A stretch of 63,512 nt of DNA, filler included. It is 15 parts of 15 records of this genome, joined end to end, with 100 filler letters (N's around TTAATTAATTAA, not from the genome) between each part and the next. Parts side by side here need not be neighbours in the genome. Positions count along the whole stretch, not along the records: positions 34,149 to 38,184 come from SRR7504441_19669; positions 38,285 to 41,504 come from SRR7504441_19714; positions 41,605 to 44,799 come from SRR7504441_19757; positions 44,900 to 47,906 come from SRR7504441_19766; 11 more parts are not named here. The stretch is one strand, 5' to 3'. Position 1 is the stretch's first letter. Each line of letters opens with the position of its first letter. A program made the position numbers and the translations under genes. The notes beneath the pieces were generated by a model. That model was not told the origin of the DNA, ran no database searches, and saw nothing but the letters and a program-made list of their open reading frames with translations. Shown here piece by piece: positions 35,642-45,953 of this stretch.

Positions 35642-37435
35642 ATGAAGCGACTCTTGGGCGTGTCGGTGCTCCTCCTCGGGATGGGGGCAGCGGCGGTGGT
35701 CAGCATGAAAGACCTAGCCAGGGCCAGGACCACAATCCCCCGGCCGGCTTTCAAGGGCGACGGCCAGCTCGGGCTTTCGGTTGTGCTCAACCGGCACCTT
35801 GCCGCCCGCGAGCCGCGGACCACCCCGTGCGACCAGTGGGACCACCACCAGCTCCAGCGCTTCATGTCCGAGATCGCCCCGTTCCGCTCGCCCGAGCTCC
35901 AGGCCGTCTACGGTCCGGCTGCCGACCGACGGGCTCTGGCGCTCGGTTCGATCCAAGAGTTTGAACGGCACTGGGCAGAGATGAACGCGATCGCACAGAG
36001 CCACCCAGACCTGGCCCAGCCGCTGCGCGACACCCACTGCCGGGAGGCCGTGCTCTGGTGGACCCACCACCTGTCGGAGAGCACCCGGGAGCTGCTCCGG
36101 AGCACCCACAACGTCCCGCGGCTCCCCGAGACCGACCAGCCCGGGTGCAACAGCAGCCAGGCGGCCGGCGGACCGGACCGGGCCCGGCTATGCGCCGGGC
36201 TGGAGCAGCCTAACAGCTGCGACTGGTGCCATTCAACTCAGGCGAGCCACGACGCCGGAAAGCCCGGGACTAGCCCTCCAAACGCTCTGAATTATACCAA
36301 CGGACCTGATGACGGGAACCCACACGGTTGGGACCGGCAGCGGCGGTGCGACCAGGACCAGATGCCCCGGTGTCAGCTGTGCGAGGGGGTGGGCGGGATG
36401 GCCTGGGGCGACAAGAATGACCAAATCGCGCTGGTGCCCTGTGAAGTGGTAGCCACGCCAGACAAGGTGGACAACGCAACAGTGCACTGGCCGCTGTACC
36501 CCAAGGCTTTCACTGCCAGTCCGGTCAACGGACGGCCCGGGTACTCGGATACGCTCATCGGCTGGAAAACCGACCCGTTCTGCTTCTCTTTCTTCCCTCA
36601 GAACGATTCGATCCCGCCGCTGTGCTATCGATCGCAGGTGAGATCCGAGCACATTACGCAACTTATCTAGCCTCGTGCAGGATAGCACAGGCAAGTGGTA
36701 TGACTCTAGTCGCGAGGCCACCAGGTCCGACTACAACGTCAAGCTCACCGGGCTGTTCTCGCACTTCCCGAATATCAGCAGCAAGATCATGCAGGTCGGG
36801 TGGCAGATGTGGATCCGGAATCACCTCTGGACAGTCGATCAATGCGTGTGCGCCAATCCATCGGGTGCATGGCGCGATGAGGATGCGCTGACTCGGCGGG
36901 CCAGGCCAGCACTGCACCAAGCCGCCGTGCTACTCATATGTGAGTGTGAGAGCATACCGCGGCTACTCACCGCTGGATGCTGCAGATCTGGCACTGGGAC
37001 ACGTTCAGGTCGGCACAGTACTTGGGCCGAGAGCGGATAGGAGTCGAATGGATCCAGGGCGCCGGCACAGGGAACAACAGCAAGATGTGGACTCTGGACC
37101 ACTTCATCATGTGGTCTCACCATGCCTGGACCGACCCTGAGACAGGCCGGATCGTCCGGATGTGGAAGAGCTTCAATGGACTTCAGAATTACGACCCAGA
37201 AGCATGGACTGACACGGTTGTCGACCCAGATACTGTGTTTGCCAGTCCACCAGCCGAGTGCAAGAAGGGCGGCGCGAGGATAAGGATCCATTGCGATGAT
37301 GATGGCAACTATGATGGCAAGACTGTCGAAGGTGCTGAGCATATTGACTTTTTGGCCCAGACCGCACGCAAACTTGGTGGGCGGCCCACACTCGATGAGA
37401 TCCGAGCACATTACGCGACTTATCTAGCCTCGTGA
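35642..37435 (+). CDS. Secreted Cys/His-rich protein of unknown function; C-terminal half tentatively ependymin/LolA-like; introns 36638-36680, 36865-36904, 36940-36985
   Basis: Signal peptide; RDTHCREAVLWWTHHL; splicing gives CYRSQ|DSTGKWYD...NPSG|QHCTKPPCYSY|IWHWDTF...HYATYLAS*. Confidence 0.8.
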
Positions 37436-37693
37436 ATTGTGCACTTCACAGGCGCTTAGCTTTATGGTCTACATGATCGTAAAATTATTGTACATTAATG
37501 TACAATCACTACATGCAGGTGCCTGCCCTCAAGGCCATCGTAGTCCTTATGACTACGTATTACTACAATAATACTACAAGGTTCATTGAATAAATTGCGG
37601 GTATTGTTTGGTTAGATCTCATGTTAAGAATCGGCACACACGCGAGTATAAATATCCATGGATGGTCTAGTAATGGTCTGGATCAATCCAGCT

Positions 37694-38184
37694 TTAATCC
37701 AGATTGCTGACTCTGCACGATTCAATTTCTGCGATTGGCACTGTTAGGGGCTGCAGCTTCTCTGGCACCATCCCAGCCTTGACTGGAAGTTCGTACGCCT
37801 TCAACACGCTGACCTGCATAAGTCTCTCTGCGGCGTTCTTCTTGGCATTCCATGCCCATGCCACGTACCGCCATTTGTTGAATCCCTTCACCTAGAGAGC
37901 AAACGCATTAGATTAAGGCCAAATTAATTTGGTTACCAGGTCTCGCAAGCACCAAGACACCAGGGACTGATGCATTGTCCACTCTGCATGCTTGGCCTCA
38001 TTGGTCTGCCAGACACACAACCATCAGTTAAGCTCAGCAGGAGACACGCACTCGTGCAAGCCACGAGTTGTACGCACGGCTCAACGAGTCCTTGAGCCAA
38101 CGGGTCACGGCCCCAGATATCAGGCGCTGCTGGAAGGTCATAGCAGCAGCAGTAAACTGCCACTTCTCCCACGCCATCGACAGC
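37694..38184 (-). CDS. 3' end of a hypothetical gene
   Basis: Spliced ...WCLRDL|VKGFNKWRYVAW...SNLD*. Confidence 0.45.
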
Positions 38185-38471
38185 NNNNNNNNNNNNNNNN
38201 NNNNNNNNNNNNNNNNNNNNNNNNNNNNTTAATTAATTAANNNNNNNNNNNNNNNNNNNNNNNNNNNNNNNNNNNNNNNNNNNNAGCAAATACTGGGGAG
38301 TAACTGGGGAGGAGACCGCCGCGCAACCGACAAGGTCCTCACCATCCCCGCGTGGTTGGCGGCCGTGGCGCGAACCTGCGGTGTCGAACACTGCTTCCAC
38401 ACCGTCACCAGCGCAGCCGTGAGCTAGGCTTCTCCGGCGTCATGCTCCGCAGGCAGGGCTGGACCGGGTGG

Positions 38472-38780
38472 TCAGGGCAGCGCGTCCGGGAGTGCCAGCA
38501 GATTGGACGCGGTCCACAGACTGGCTGCGAGGAGCTGGAACGCGTCACCGGTCTCGTAGCTGTCATAGATGATCACGCTCACCACCCAGCTGGTGGAGGC
38601 GCCCATCTGCAGCACCCAGGAGGCTAGCTTCCGCGCACAGTCCAACCTCGAGGTCGCCTGCCGTGCGCCCAGGTCCGGGCCGCCGCCCTCCTCCACGCCG
38701 GCGGGTTCCTTTGCTACCTCTACGGTCCCTGACGAGTCGATCCCCACGTTCACTTCCGGCATAGGCGCAACCGACGCCAT
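38472..38780 (-). CDS. Small membrane protein (102 aa, 2 putative TM helices)
   Basis: ATG-initiated ORF with WVLQMGASTSWVVSVIIY and AFQLLAASLWTASNLLAL. Confidence 0.6.
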   Translation of the reverse strand: MASVAPMPEVNVGIDSSGTVEVAKEPAGVEEGGGPDLGARQATSRLDCARKLASWVLQMGASTSWVVSVIIYDSYETGDAFQLLAASLWTASNLLALPDALP

Positions 38781-39251
38781 TCCGTCTCTCAGCGCCCGCT
38801 CGAGCTGAGACTGCGCGTCGTGGCCGAAGCTTCGTGCGCGCGGTCCCGGTGTGCCGTTAGGGGGCGTCCCTCGCTTTGGCCAGCTCTTATCAGCCTCATG
38901 AGCCTCATTAGAGACCCGACGAGTAACTCGACGGAGACCGTCTCAAGCGCCGAGGGAGCTTTGGAGTACGTGTGCGGCTCGCGGAAAAACTGAAAGTGCT
39001 CTATAGCTACTAAATAGAAACGTACCGCGCATCGAATTAGTCGTGCGCATCACGTGCGTATCGCGCTCTAATAACAGAGTCCGAGCAACAAAATCAATGA
39101 TTAATAACAAACATGCTGATTAGCCGTGTAACATGGACATTCGGGATTAAGTTATCTCAACTGAGTCACATAAAAGGACCACGGAATGATTATCAGAATG
39201 CACGCACGAATGCGGTACACGTCATGGGACGTCATGCAACACGGCGACATC

Positions 39252-40833
39252 TCAACAGGCCGGCCCACATGCGTGGTGCTTGCAGCACTCGAGGTCATCC
39301 AGGAACATTTGCGCTTCCCTGTATATTAGCTCCGCCTGTTTGATCTTCTCCGGAGCCAAGCCGATGCGACCAGCAATTGCATTTGCAACAATGGCAAAGC
39401 GCTGCCTGAACTTAAATATGAAGCAGAAGACAACGCCCTCGTGCCGCACCTGCACGGCACCACACAGCAGATGTCAGTCATCTGGAAATCGAGCACGGGC
39501 AATCGATCACCTGTGGCCCACAGAGGAACAGCCCTGGCGTGATGGTGGACTCGTCCACCGGAGTCAGCATCGGATCGCTCGTGCCACAGGGCCCGCCGGG
39601 CTTCGTCCACCGAAATAATGACTTTATGATAACCGCCACACTGCCTTGGAACCCATTGGCCAAAATAGGAGGCGTGCTGCAGGTGAGCTCCCACGGTACA
39701 TCCGCCTGCAGTTGGGCAATCTCCTCCAAGGTAGGAGGTGCATCTTTCTTCTTCTCCTTCTTGGCCTTTTTGTCCTTCTTGTTCTTTTTCTCCTTCTTGT
39801 TCTTTTTCTCCTTCTTGGCTTTCTTCTGGCCCTTCTCAGCAACTGCCTCGTCTTGTTCGGAAAACTCATCATGTTCATCGAATTCATCTTGCTCGTCGGG
39901 CTCCGAAACCCCGGCTGCAGCAGCAGCCCCGGCTTGCACGCCAGGCCGACTCTTAGTGCCGTGCGCGGGCCGGGTGTGCACTGTGAACGTCCCGTTCGAG
40001 TCCTGGCTGACTCGATACACGTCACGGTTCCCCGCGAGCCGGATCTTGCCCGGTTTGGACTCGCGGGCCTGACGAAGCCGCTGCCTAGTGTAGGGCGCCA
40101 GTTCTAGGCTCGGATCTGCCAGCCTTTCTGCCCAGCTGGCCCGCCGCCCGATCAGGGTTACTGCTTTGTTATAGGAGAGCAGGTTGACTGTCGCGTCAAC
40201 GCCGCTCTCATACCCGCCAATCACCACAAAATCCTTGCCTGGCACGTCGCCCCATGACTCCACCTCCGAGTTGTGCTGGCAGAGCTCGGCGCCCTCGAAC
40301 GGGCCGTCCGCGGGGTATTGGAATTCCCCGGCAGCCCAGACCACAAACTGGCAGCTGTATACGCCGTCCGAGGTCTCCAGCTCAAACCCGCCGGGGTGCG
40401 GCTCGGAAGCGGCCTTTCTGGACTTGGCGGAGGTCTTGCTCGACTTGGACGGGGAGAGCGGCCGGACCTCGAGCACGGTGACACACAAGGCCACCCGCAT
40501 CTGGCCCTGCTCCACGCAAAACTCTAGGTAGTCGCTATACTCCTGTCCGGACAGGTGCTCCGTATCGAACGGACCGAGCGAGGGCGAAGTGCCGATGACG
40601 CACGAGTTCAGGTCCATCATCCCGTGCGCGTTGTGGTTGAACGACGGCGTGATCAGACGCATCTCAGCCGGCCAGGACACGAAACTCCCTCCGATCCTCT
40701 CGGAGCCCTCCAAGATCAGCACATCCTTGACCCCAAAGTCCTTCAGGGCCTGTGCGGCCCCGATCCCGGACGGACCGGCCCCGACCACGATCACTTGCGC
40801 GTCCCACTGTGCCCCTGAGCTCTTCCGCTTCAT
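39252..40833 (-). CDS. Bacterial-type NAD(P)/FAD oxidoreductase (Pyr_redox_3/COG2072-like) with Cys/His-rich tail; intron 39510-39450
   Basis: VGAGPSG, WPAEMRLITPSF, WAAGEFQYP, VIGGYESGVDA, DESTITPGLFLCGPQ|VRHEGVVFCFIFKFRQRF, MFLDDLECCKHHACGPAC*. Confidence 0.9.
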
Positions 40834-40931
40834 CTGCGACCGACTCCAGGTCTCTACCAGCAGTCGTGCACGAGTCGGGAGTGAGTCCCTCAGTTTTCGT
40901 TGCCAGCTGCAGCTGCGCGCACGTCGGTGGA

Positions 40932-41504
40932 ATGGCGGGGAAGAAGCGTCGTCCAGCGAGCAGGGAGCCGGGGCGGGCGCCGCGGGTGTCCCGTGGTAAG
41001 AAAGCGAGGAAGACGCGAGCGGAGCCGGAGGAGCCGGAGGAGCCGGAGGAGGAGGAGTGCGGGTCAGATTGCGGGTGCGATATTGTGATGGAGACGCAAA
41101 GAACCCCCGCGGAGCTGCTGACGATCACCCACCCTCCCGCATCGAGCAAGGCCCGGCCGGCCACGACCGATGAAATTGCTTTCGTCAAGCGGCCGGCAGA
41201 CCTGCAGAAGATCACCAGTGACAAGGTGCAGCTCGCTGTCTGGCGCCGGGCCGCGGCTCCCGAGTTTGTGTCTGCACTGTCGGCCCCTTCGGTCGGTGCT
41301 GAGGGCCTCCCAGAATTCAAGGGGCTGGTGGAAGCCGAGTGCGCGGGCGAGATGCTGAGGTCTGAGCTCTGCAGCGGCCCTTACCCGCTGCGGTCGAAGA
41401 AGAAGCGGGCGCTCACCGACGACGGGCTGGACGAGCTCATAGACGAGATTGACACGCTAGTGCAAGTATTTGCCGAGATAACCGAGTCCGAGGACGTCTG
41501 GGTG
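40932..41504 (+). CDS. DUF1826-family protein (3' truncated)
   Basis: DLQKITSDKVQLAVWRR...LIDEIDTLVQVFAEITESEDVWV matches the N-terminal DUF1826 pattern; the catalytic-like CPxFHxD part would lie beyond the contig end. Confidence 0.65.
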
Positions 41505-41604
41505 NNNNNNNNNNNNNNNNNNNNNNNNNNNNNNNNNNNNNNNNNNNNTTAATTAATTAANNNNNNNNNNNNNNNNNNNNNNNNNNNNNNNNNNNNNNNN
41601 NNNN

Positions 41605-42147
41605 GCCGACCAGCTCCACCCACGAGCACCGATCCCGCCCTGTCAGCGGCTTGACGATCTCGCCGCAGATCCCGTACATGTTAATCGTCTTCCAGTCGTA
41701 CCGTTCGTTGGCGTGGTCGTCCCACAGCTCGCGCAGACCGAGGACAGCCCGTACGAGCTCGCCGAGCGACCGGAACTGGGCTAGTGTGGCCGCCCGCTCG
41801 GCGGTGTCCTGGATCACCGCCCCGCGCTGCTTGTACTCGGAGCGCTGCTCTGGCGGCAGCTCAGCCAGCCAGTCGGGCGGCAGCTGGGCGGGCGAGCTGG
41901 GGTCCATGAGCTCGGCCAGCCGGGCGCAGACCTCCTCCGGCGGCAGCCCGGTCAAGAGCCTGACCTGCGGCACGCTCGGACCGCGAGGCAGGCGCCGGCA
42001 CACCTCTCGGTGGTGGCTCGGGATGTCCGCCGGCGCAGAGTTGGTGATCCGGGCGATCAGCGCCCGGGCCTGATCGGCGCTGAGGCAGCCCGGGCCAGAC
42101 GCGAGCCTGTTCACCAACGCCTGCACCTGCTGGCTGGGGACCTCCAT
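41605..42147 (-). CDS. Hypothetical protein (3' truncated)
   Basis: MEVPSQQVQALVNRL... open to the contig edge. Confidence 0.6.
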
Positions 42148-42229
42148 AACTTGCCTGCGAGGCGCTGTCGGGTGCAGAAAAGAAAAAAATAAAGCGATAT
42201 CGAGCGACGCCCCGATCCATCCCGGGGCG

Positions 42230-43319
42230 ATGAGCAGCGACTTGAAGACGCTGGTGTGCACCGACATCGACCCGGGCTGGGACGACAAGTACTTTGAGAG
42301 CCTGTTCTCCTCGGGGGCCGGGGTGGCCGGCGCCAGGGTGGTCGGGGGCGGGGGCGAGGGCGCCTACGGGTTCGTGGAGTTCAACACGCAGGAAGAGGCC
42401 ATGGTACGGCCCCACCAGGCCGGGCTGAGCCGGCTGGGCGCAGAACATCCTATCGGGGTACAACAACCACCCCATCCAAGGCACAACCCGGCACTACCGG
42501 CTCAACTGGGCCTCGGCCAACTTGAGCGCCCCGGCTGATTATTCGAACTGCGTCGAAGCATCGCTGTACGTCACGGGCCTGGCCCCGGACGTGGCGGATG
42601 GCACGCTGTTCCAGTTCTTCCAGCAGTACTACCCGTCCACCAAGCTTGCCAACGTGCAGGCCGGGGTGGGGACCGTTACCTTTCGCGACCAGGCCGAGCA
42701 ACGGCGAGCGGTCACCGAGATGCACGGCCAGGTGCTCAACGGCACGCCGATCGCGGTCAGCGCCCAACGGCCGGCTGCGCAGCCGCAACAGCAGAGTTAT
42801 GCCGGGGGCTATGGCGCGGCCGGAGGATACGCCCCTGCTGCTGTGCCGACTGTCGGGACGCCGGCGACTGTGTTTGTTGGTAACCTCGACCCGTCTCTGA
42901 CACAGGCCGAGCTGCAGCAGGCGTTTGCGAGCTTCCAGGGGATTACCGCGGTGCGGATCCCGGAGCAGGGGTCACGGTGCGGGTTTGTAGACACAAGTAG
43001 CCAGGAGGCAGCTGGCCAGATCATTCAGTACATGAACGGTCAGACTGTAGGAAACACGCAGATCCGTTGCGAGTGGGGCAAGTCGCGCACACAGAACTTG
43101 CAGAATGCCGCCCCCGCTGCGGACCAGTACCAACAGTACGCAATGCAGCAGCAGCAGGCTGCCCAGTGGCAAGCTTACTATGCACAACAGCAGCAACAGC
43201 AGCAGCAAGAGAATGAGTTTTGCCGTCCGTTGGACGTGGAGGCCATGAACAGCAGCTACGTGGAATCGCATAAGCAGCTATGGAACATCGTGCACAGCAG
43301 GTCCTTGTGGAGCTGCTGA
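42230..43319 (+). CDS. Triple-RRM RNA-binding protein, TRNAU1AP/SECp43-Nam8/RBP45 family; 1 intron
   Basis: YGFVEF, YRLNWAS, SLYVTGLAPDV, TVFVGNLDP, IRCEWGKS; C-terminal PLDVEAMNSSYVE resembles the SECp43 tail. Confidence 0.8.
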
Positions 43320-43682
43320 GCACTCGTGAGCATAATTTTGTGTCGAGAGGTCGAGCAATCCGTACGAGTAAATATTCTGTATTTCATAATTAAATCCGAT
43401 TCGTTCACATTGATCTTGATGTTATTACGCGTGTGCTGCGTACTTAAGGCGAGCTTTGAAGCATTGATGTAACACGTCACGAGCGCGAAATAAATAACGT
43501 CGGTCATGCAACGGATTGCAATCAGCGTCTCGTATGCACATGCAGCCATGTTCATAGGCTAAGATGATGAGCCGAATGTGGGCAGCGAAGTCAGATGTGT
43601 TCTAGGTGAATGCATTTACATAAACCTAATTATGACAATTCCATGGGGAGAAACCAACATATCAGCAAACTGAAGCCACAAT

Positions 43683-44487
43683 TTAGCACTTGTAGCCACG
43701 GCTCTTCCTGCGGCCACGAGCCTTCTCGAACTTGCGGCCCTTGGAGCGCACGTACGGCGCGGCGTGGGTGGTGCCCGGTGCCCCGAAGTGTCTGTTGGCC
43801 TCACGAGCCGAGCGCGGGCCACGGACGAGCACACAGTTGGACCCGGAGGGGAACTGCTGGGCGAGCTGATCAAAGGTCAAGATCTCGCCGCCGTTGGCCA
43901 GGATCCGCTTGCGGGCGGACTCGGTGAAGCGCAGAGCGCACACCTTGAGCCCCTGGGGCACGTCGAGCATCCGGACGTCATCGGTGACGGTCCCCACCAT
44001 GACGCACACCTTGCCATCCTTGCCGGCCATGAGCTTGGCGATCTTGGAGATGGAAATGGGCGGCCGGTTCATCTTGCTCATGAACAGGCGCTTCAGAACC
44101 ACCTTGTTGAAGTTGCACTCCACCCGGCGGGACATGAACCGATATAACTGGAAACCCCCCGCGGCTCGCTCTGGCCCGCGGCTCGCTCTGGCACCTTGAC
44201 CAGAAGCCTGATGTAAGGGTTCTCGCTCTTGGGGGCGGTGCGGCCTCCGTTCTTGACGCGGCCTCCGGCTTTCATGTCGATTCCCTGCGCACGCACGCCG
44301 GTGAGAGGCCATACGCCATACCGAGAGCACAAGCCCGAAGGCGAGGTCCCGCCCCACATCGCACTGCGGGGCAGACTCCGGGGCGGACTGGCAGTACTAG
44401 CCAGCCCGTCGCGCGGAGCTGCCCCGAGGGTGGGGAATGGCAGCCAGCCCATTGCGGGCGGCTTGGCGAGGGCGCGGGGCGCACCAT
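43683..44487 (-). CDS. RPL18: 60S ribosomal protein eL18; introns 44484-44285 and 44194-44148
   Basis: M|GIDMKAGG...[17 protein letters not shown]...[12 protein letters not shown]...[11 protein letters not shown]. Confidence 0.97.
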
Positions 44488-44598
44488 GGCTGACAACTCT
44501 GCAGGGGACGAGCGAAGAGCGTTCGTGTCCGTTGGGCCAACGGAAAACCACCGGCTGGTTGCCTTCTCTCACAGCAGCGCCGCTGTGCCTTCGTTGCG

Positions 44599-44780
44599 AT
44601 GGGCAACTCGTTCGACAAGCAGCAGACGTGCGGGCGGGGCCGGGCCGGCTGACGGTGCGCCAGCAAGGTGCTCCTCAAGCAGTCCACCACCCGGCTCAAG
44701 ATTCTAGCCAACAAGACCTCAAACCTCTCCAAAGGTGCCCGCCGCGAGATCGCCGGCATGCTCGACCGCAAGCAGGCGCC
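44599..44780 (+). CDS. IST1: IST1-like ESCRT-III protein, N-terminus (truncated)
   Basis: MGNSFDKQQT|KVLLKQSTTRLKILANKTSNLSKGARREIAGML. Confidence 0.7.
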
Positions 44781-45279
44781 CCCCCCCCCCCCCCCCCCCN
44801 NNNNNNNNNNNNNNNNNNNNNNNNNNNNNNNNNNNNNNNNNNNTTAATTAATTAANNNNNNNNNNNNNNNNNNNNNNNNNNNNNNNNNNNNNNNNNNNNC
44901 CGGGACGAGGACGTGGAGCCCGGGCACGCTGACGATCTGCTGTCTGATCCGTCAAAGCCTCGTGAGTCTTCTGGCAATGCCGCATAGGCCACATAGGTGC
45001 CCGCACGGAGCCAGGGGGGGCATCCGAAGACCGAAGTTGCCGAGTGAGAGGTCGATACTTAGTCCAGTGCAAAACGTACGTGTTGGGAGTACGGGAATGA
45101 GAGTACGAGTATCATGGAGTATACGAGTAGAGAGCAAAAGCCTACAGTACGTGTACGGTATTATAGTAACATGATCATAAACGCAGATACTCATATAAAC
45201 GGCCGCAGCGAAGCGCTATAGTTCTAAATAAGTCCGGTTCGTTACTATGCCGTACTCGTACCAAGGGTCAAGCGTTGCA

Positions 45280-45879
45280 CTATCCGTCGCAATTTATCAG
45301 CTTGACTAGCAAAAACATCAGCACTAACGCGACCACGCTACCCGCCGCAGTTAACGCGAACGGCGAGGCTACCGGGACAAACCAGCCCCGCTCATCCATC
45401 GTAGCCTCCACATCCTCCTTCCATTCCTGCGCACGTGGCACCGCCGTCTCGACCCCGCGGGCGCACGAGCTCCGGCAGGCGGCCACCAGCAGCATGAATG
45501 CGTCGCCCACCCCCGGCTGAGCCGGCATTGCCGCGTCGTAATTATTTGACGCCGCTGCGGCCCCGGCTGGGGGTGCCTGGATTAGTGCCTCTCGCTCCAC
45601 GGCTCCCTGGGTCCGGAATTCCTCCCGGGGCGTCTTGGGGGCCGGCTGCGGCTGGCGAGGGGCGCCCATCCCCGCTGGGACTAGCGACGCGAACGGGGAG
45701 GGTGCGCCCGACGGCTGGACCAGCGGCTGGGTCGGCCGGATCGGCAGGGCCGGTGGCTGCTGTGGCGGCGCAGTGACCGGATGGATCACCGTGGCGGCGG
45801 CCAGGGGCGGTGCCGGTGCCTCGTCGCCAGTGTGGTCGGTCAGGAACGCGTCGAACGCGTTGATTGCCTTTTCCCCCAT
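45280..45879 (-). CDS. Pro-rich protein with C-terminal TM anchor
   Basis: MGEKAINAFDAFL...GSVVALVLMFLLVKLINCDG*. Confidence 0.6.
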   Translation of the reverse strand: MGEKAINAFDAFLTDHTGDEAPAPPLAAATVIHPVTAPPQQPPALPIRPTQPLVQPSGAPSPFASLVPAGMGAPRQPQPAPKTPREEFRTQGAVEREALIQAPPAGAAAASNNYDAAMPAQPGVGDAFMLLVAACRSSCARGVETAVPRAQEWKEDVEATMDERGWFVPVASPFALTAAGSVVALVLMFLLVKLINCDG

Positions 45880-45953
45880 CCCCTCTTCGCGTCTGCCCAC
45901 GCAGCCGTGCCGGCGCACGCGGGTCCCTCGAGCTCTTTTTTGCCGAAGTTGAG

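Noticed and set aside
36218-36232. CXXCH (CDWCH) as a c-type heme site
   Set aside because: Single motif in a Cys-rich secretory protein; no heme-c attachment is known in that pathway.
42230-43319. Selenoprotein system implied by the SECp43-like gene
   Set aside because: No in-frame TGA selenoprotein or convincing SECIS seen; the family has general RNA-binding roles.
44285-44484. snoRNA in the 200-nt first RPL18 intron
   Set aside because: No C/D or H/ACA boxes recognisable.
44778-44799. Poly-C here and poly-G at ~51973-51989
   Set aside because: Homopolymers at contig ends; likely assembly break points or artefacts.
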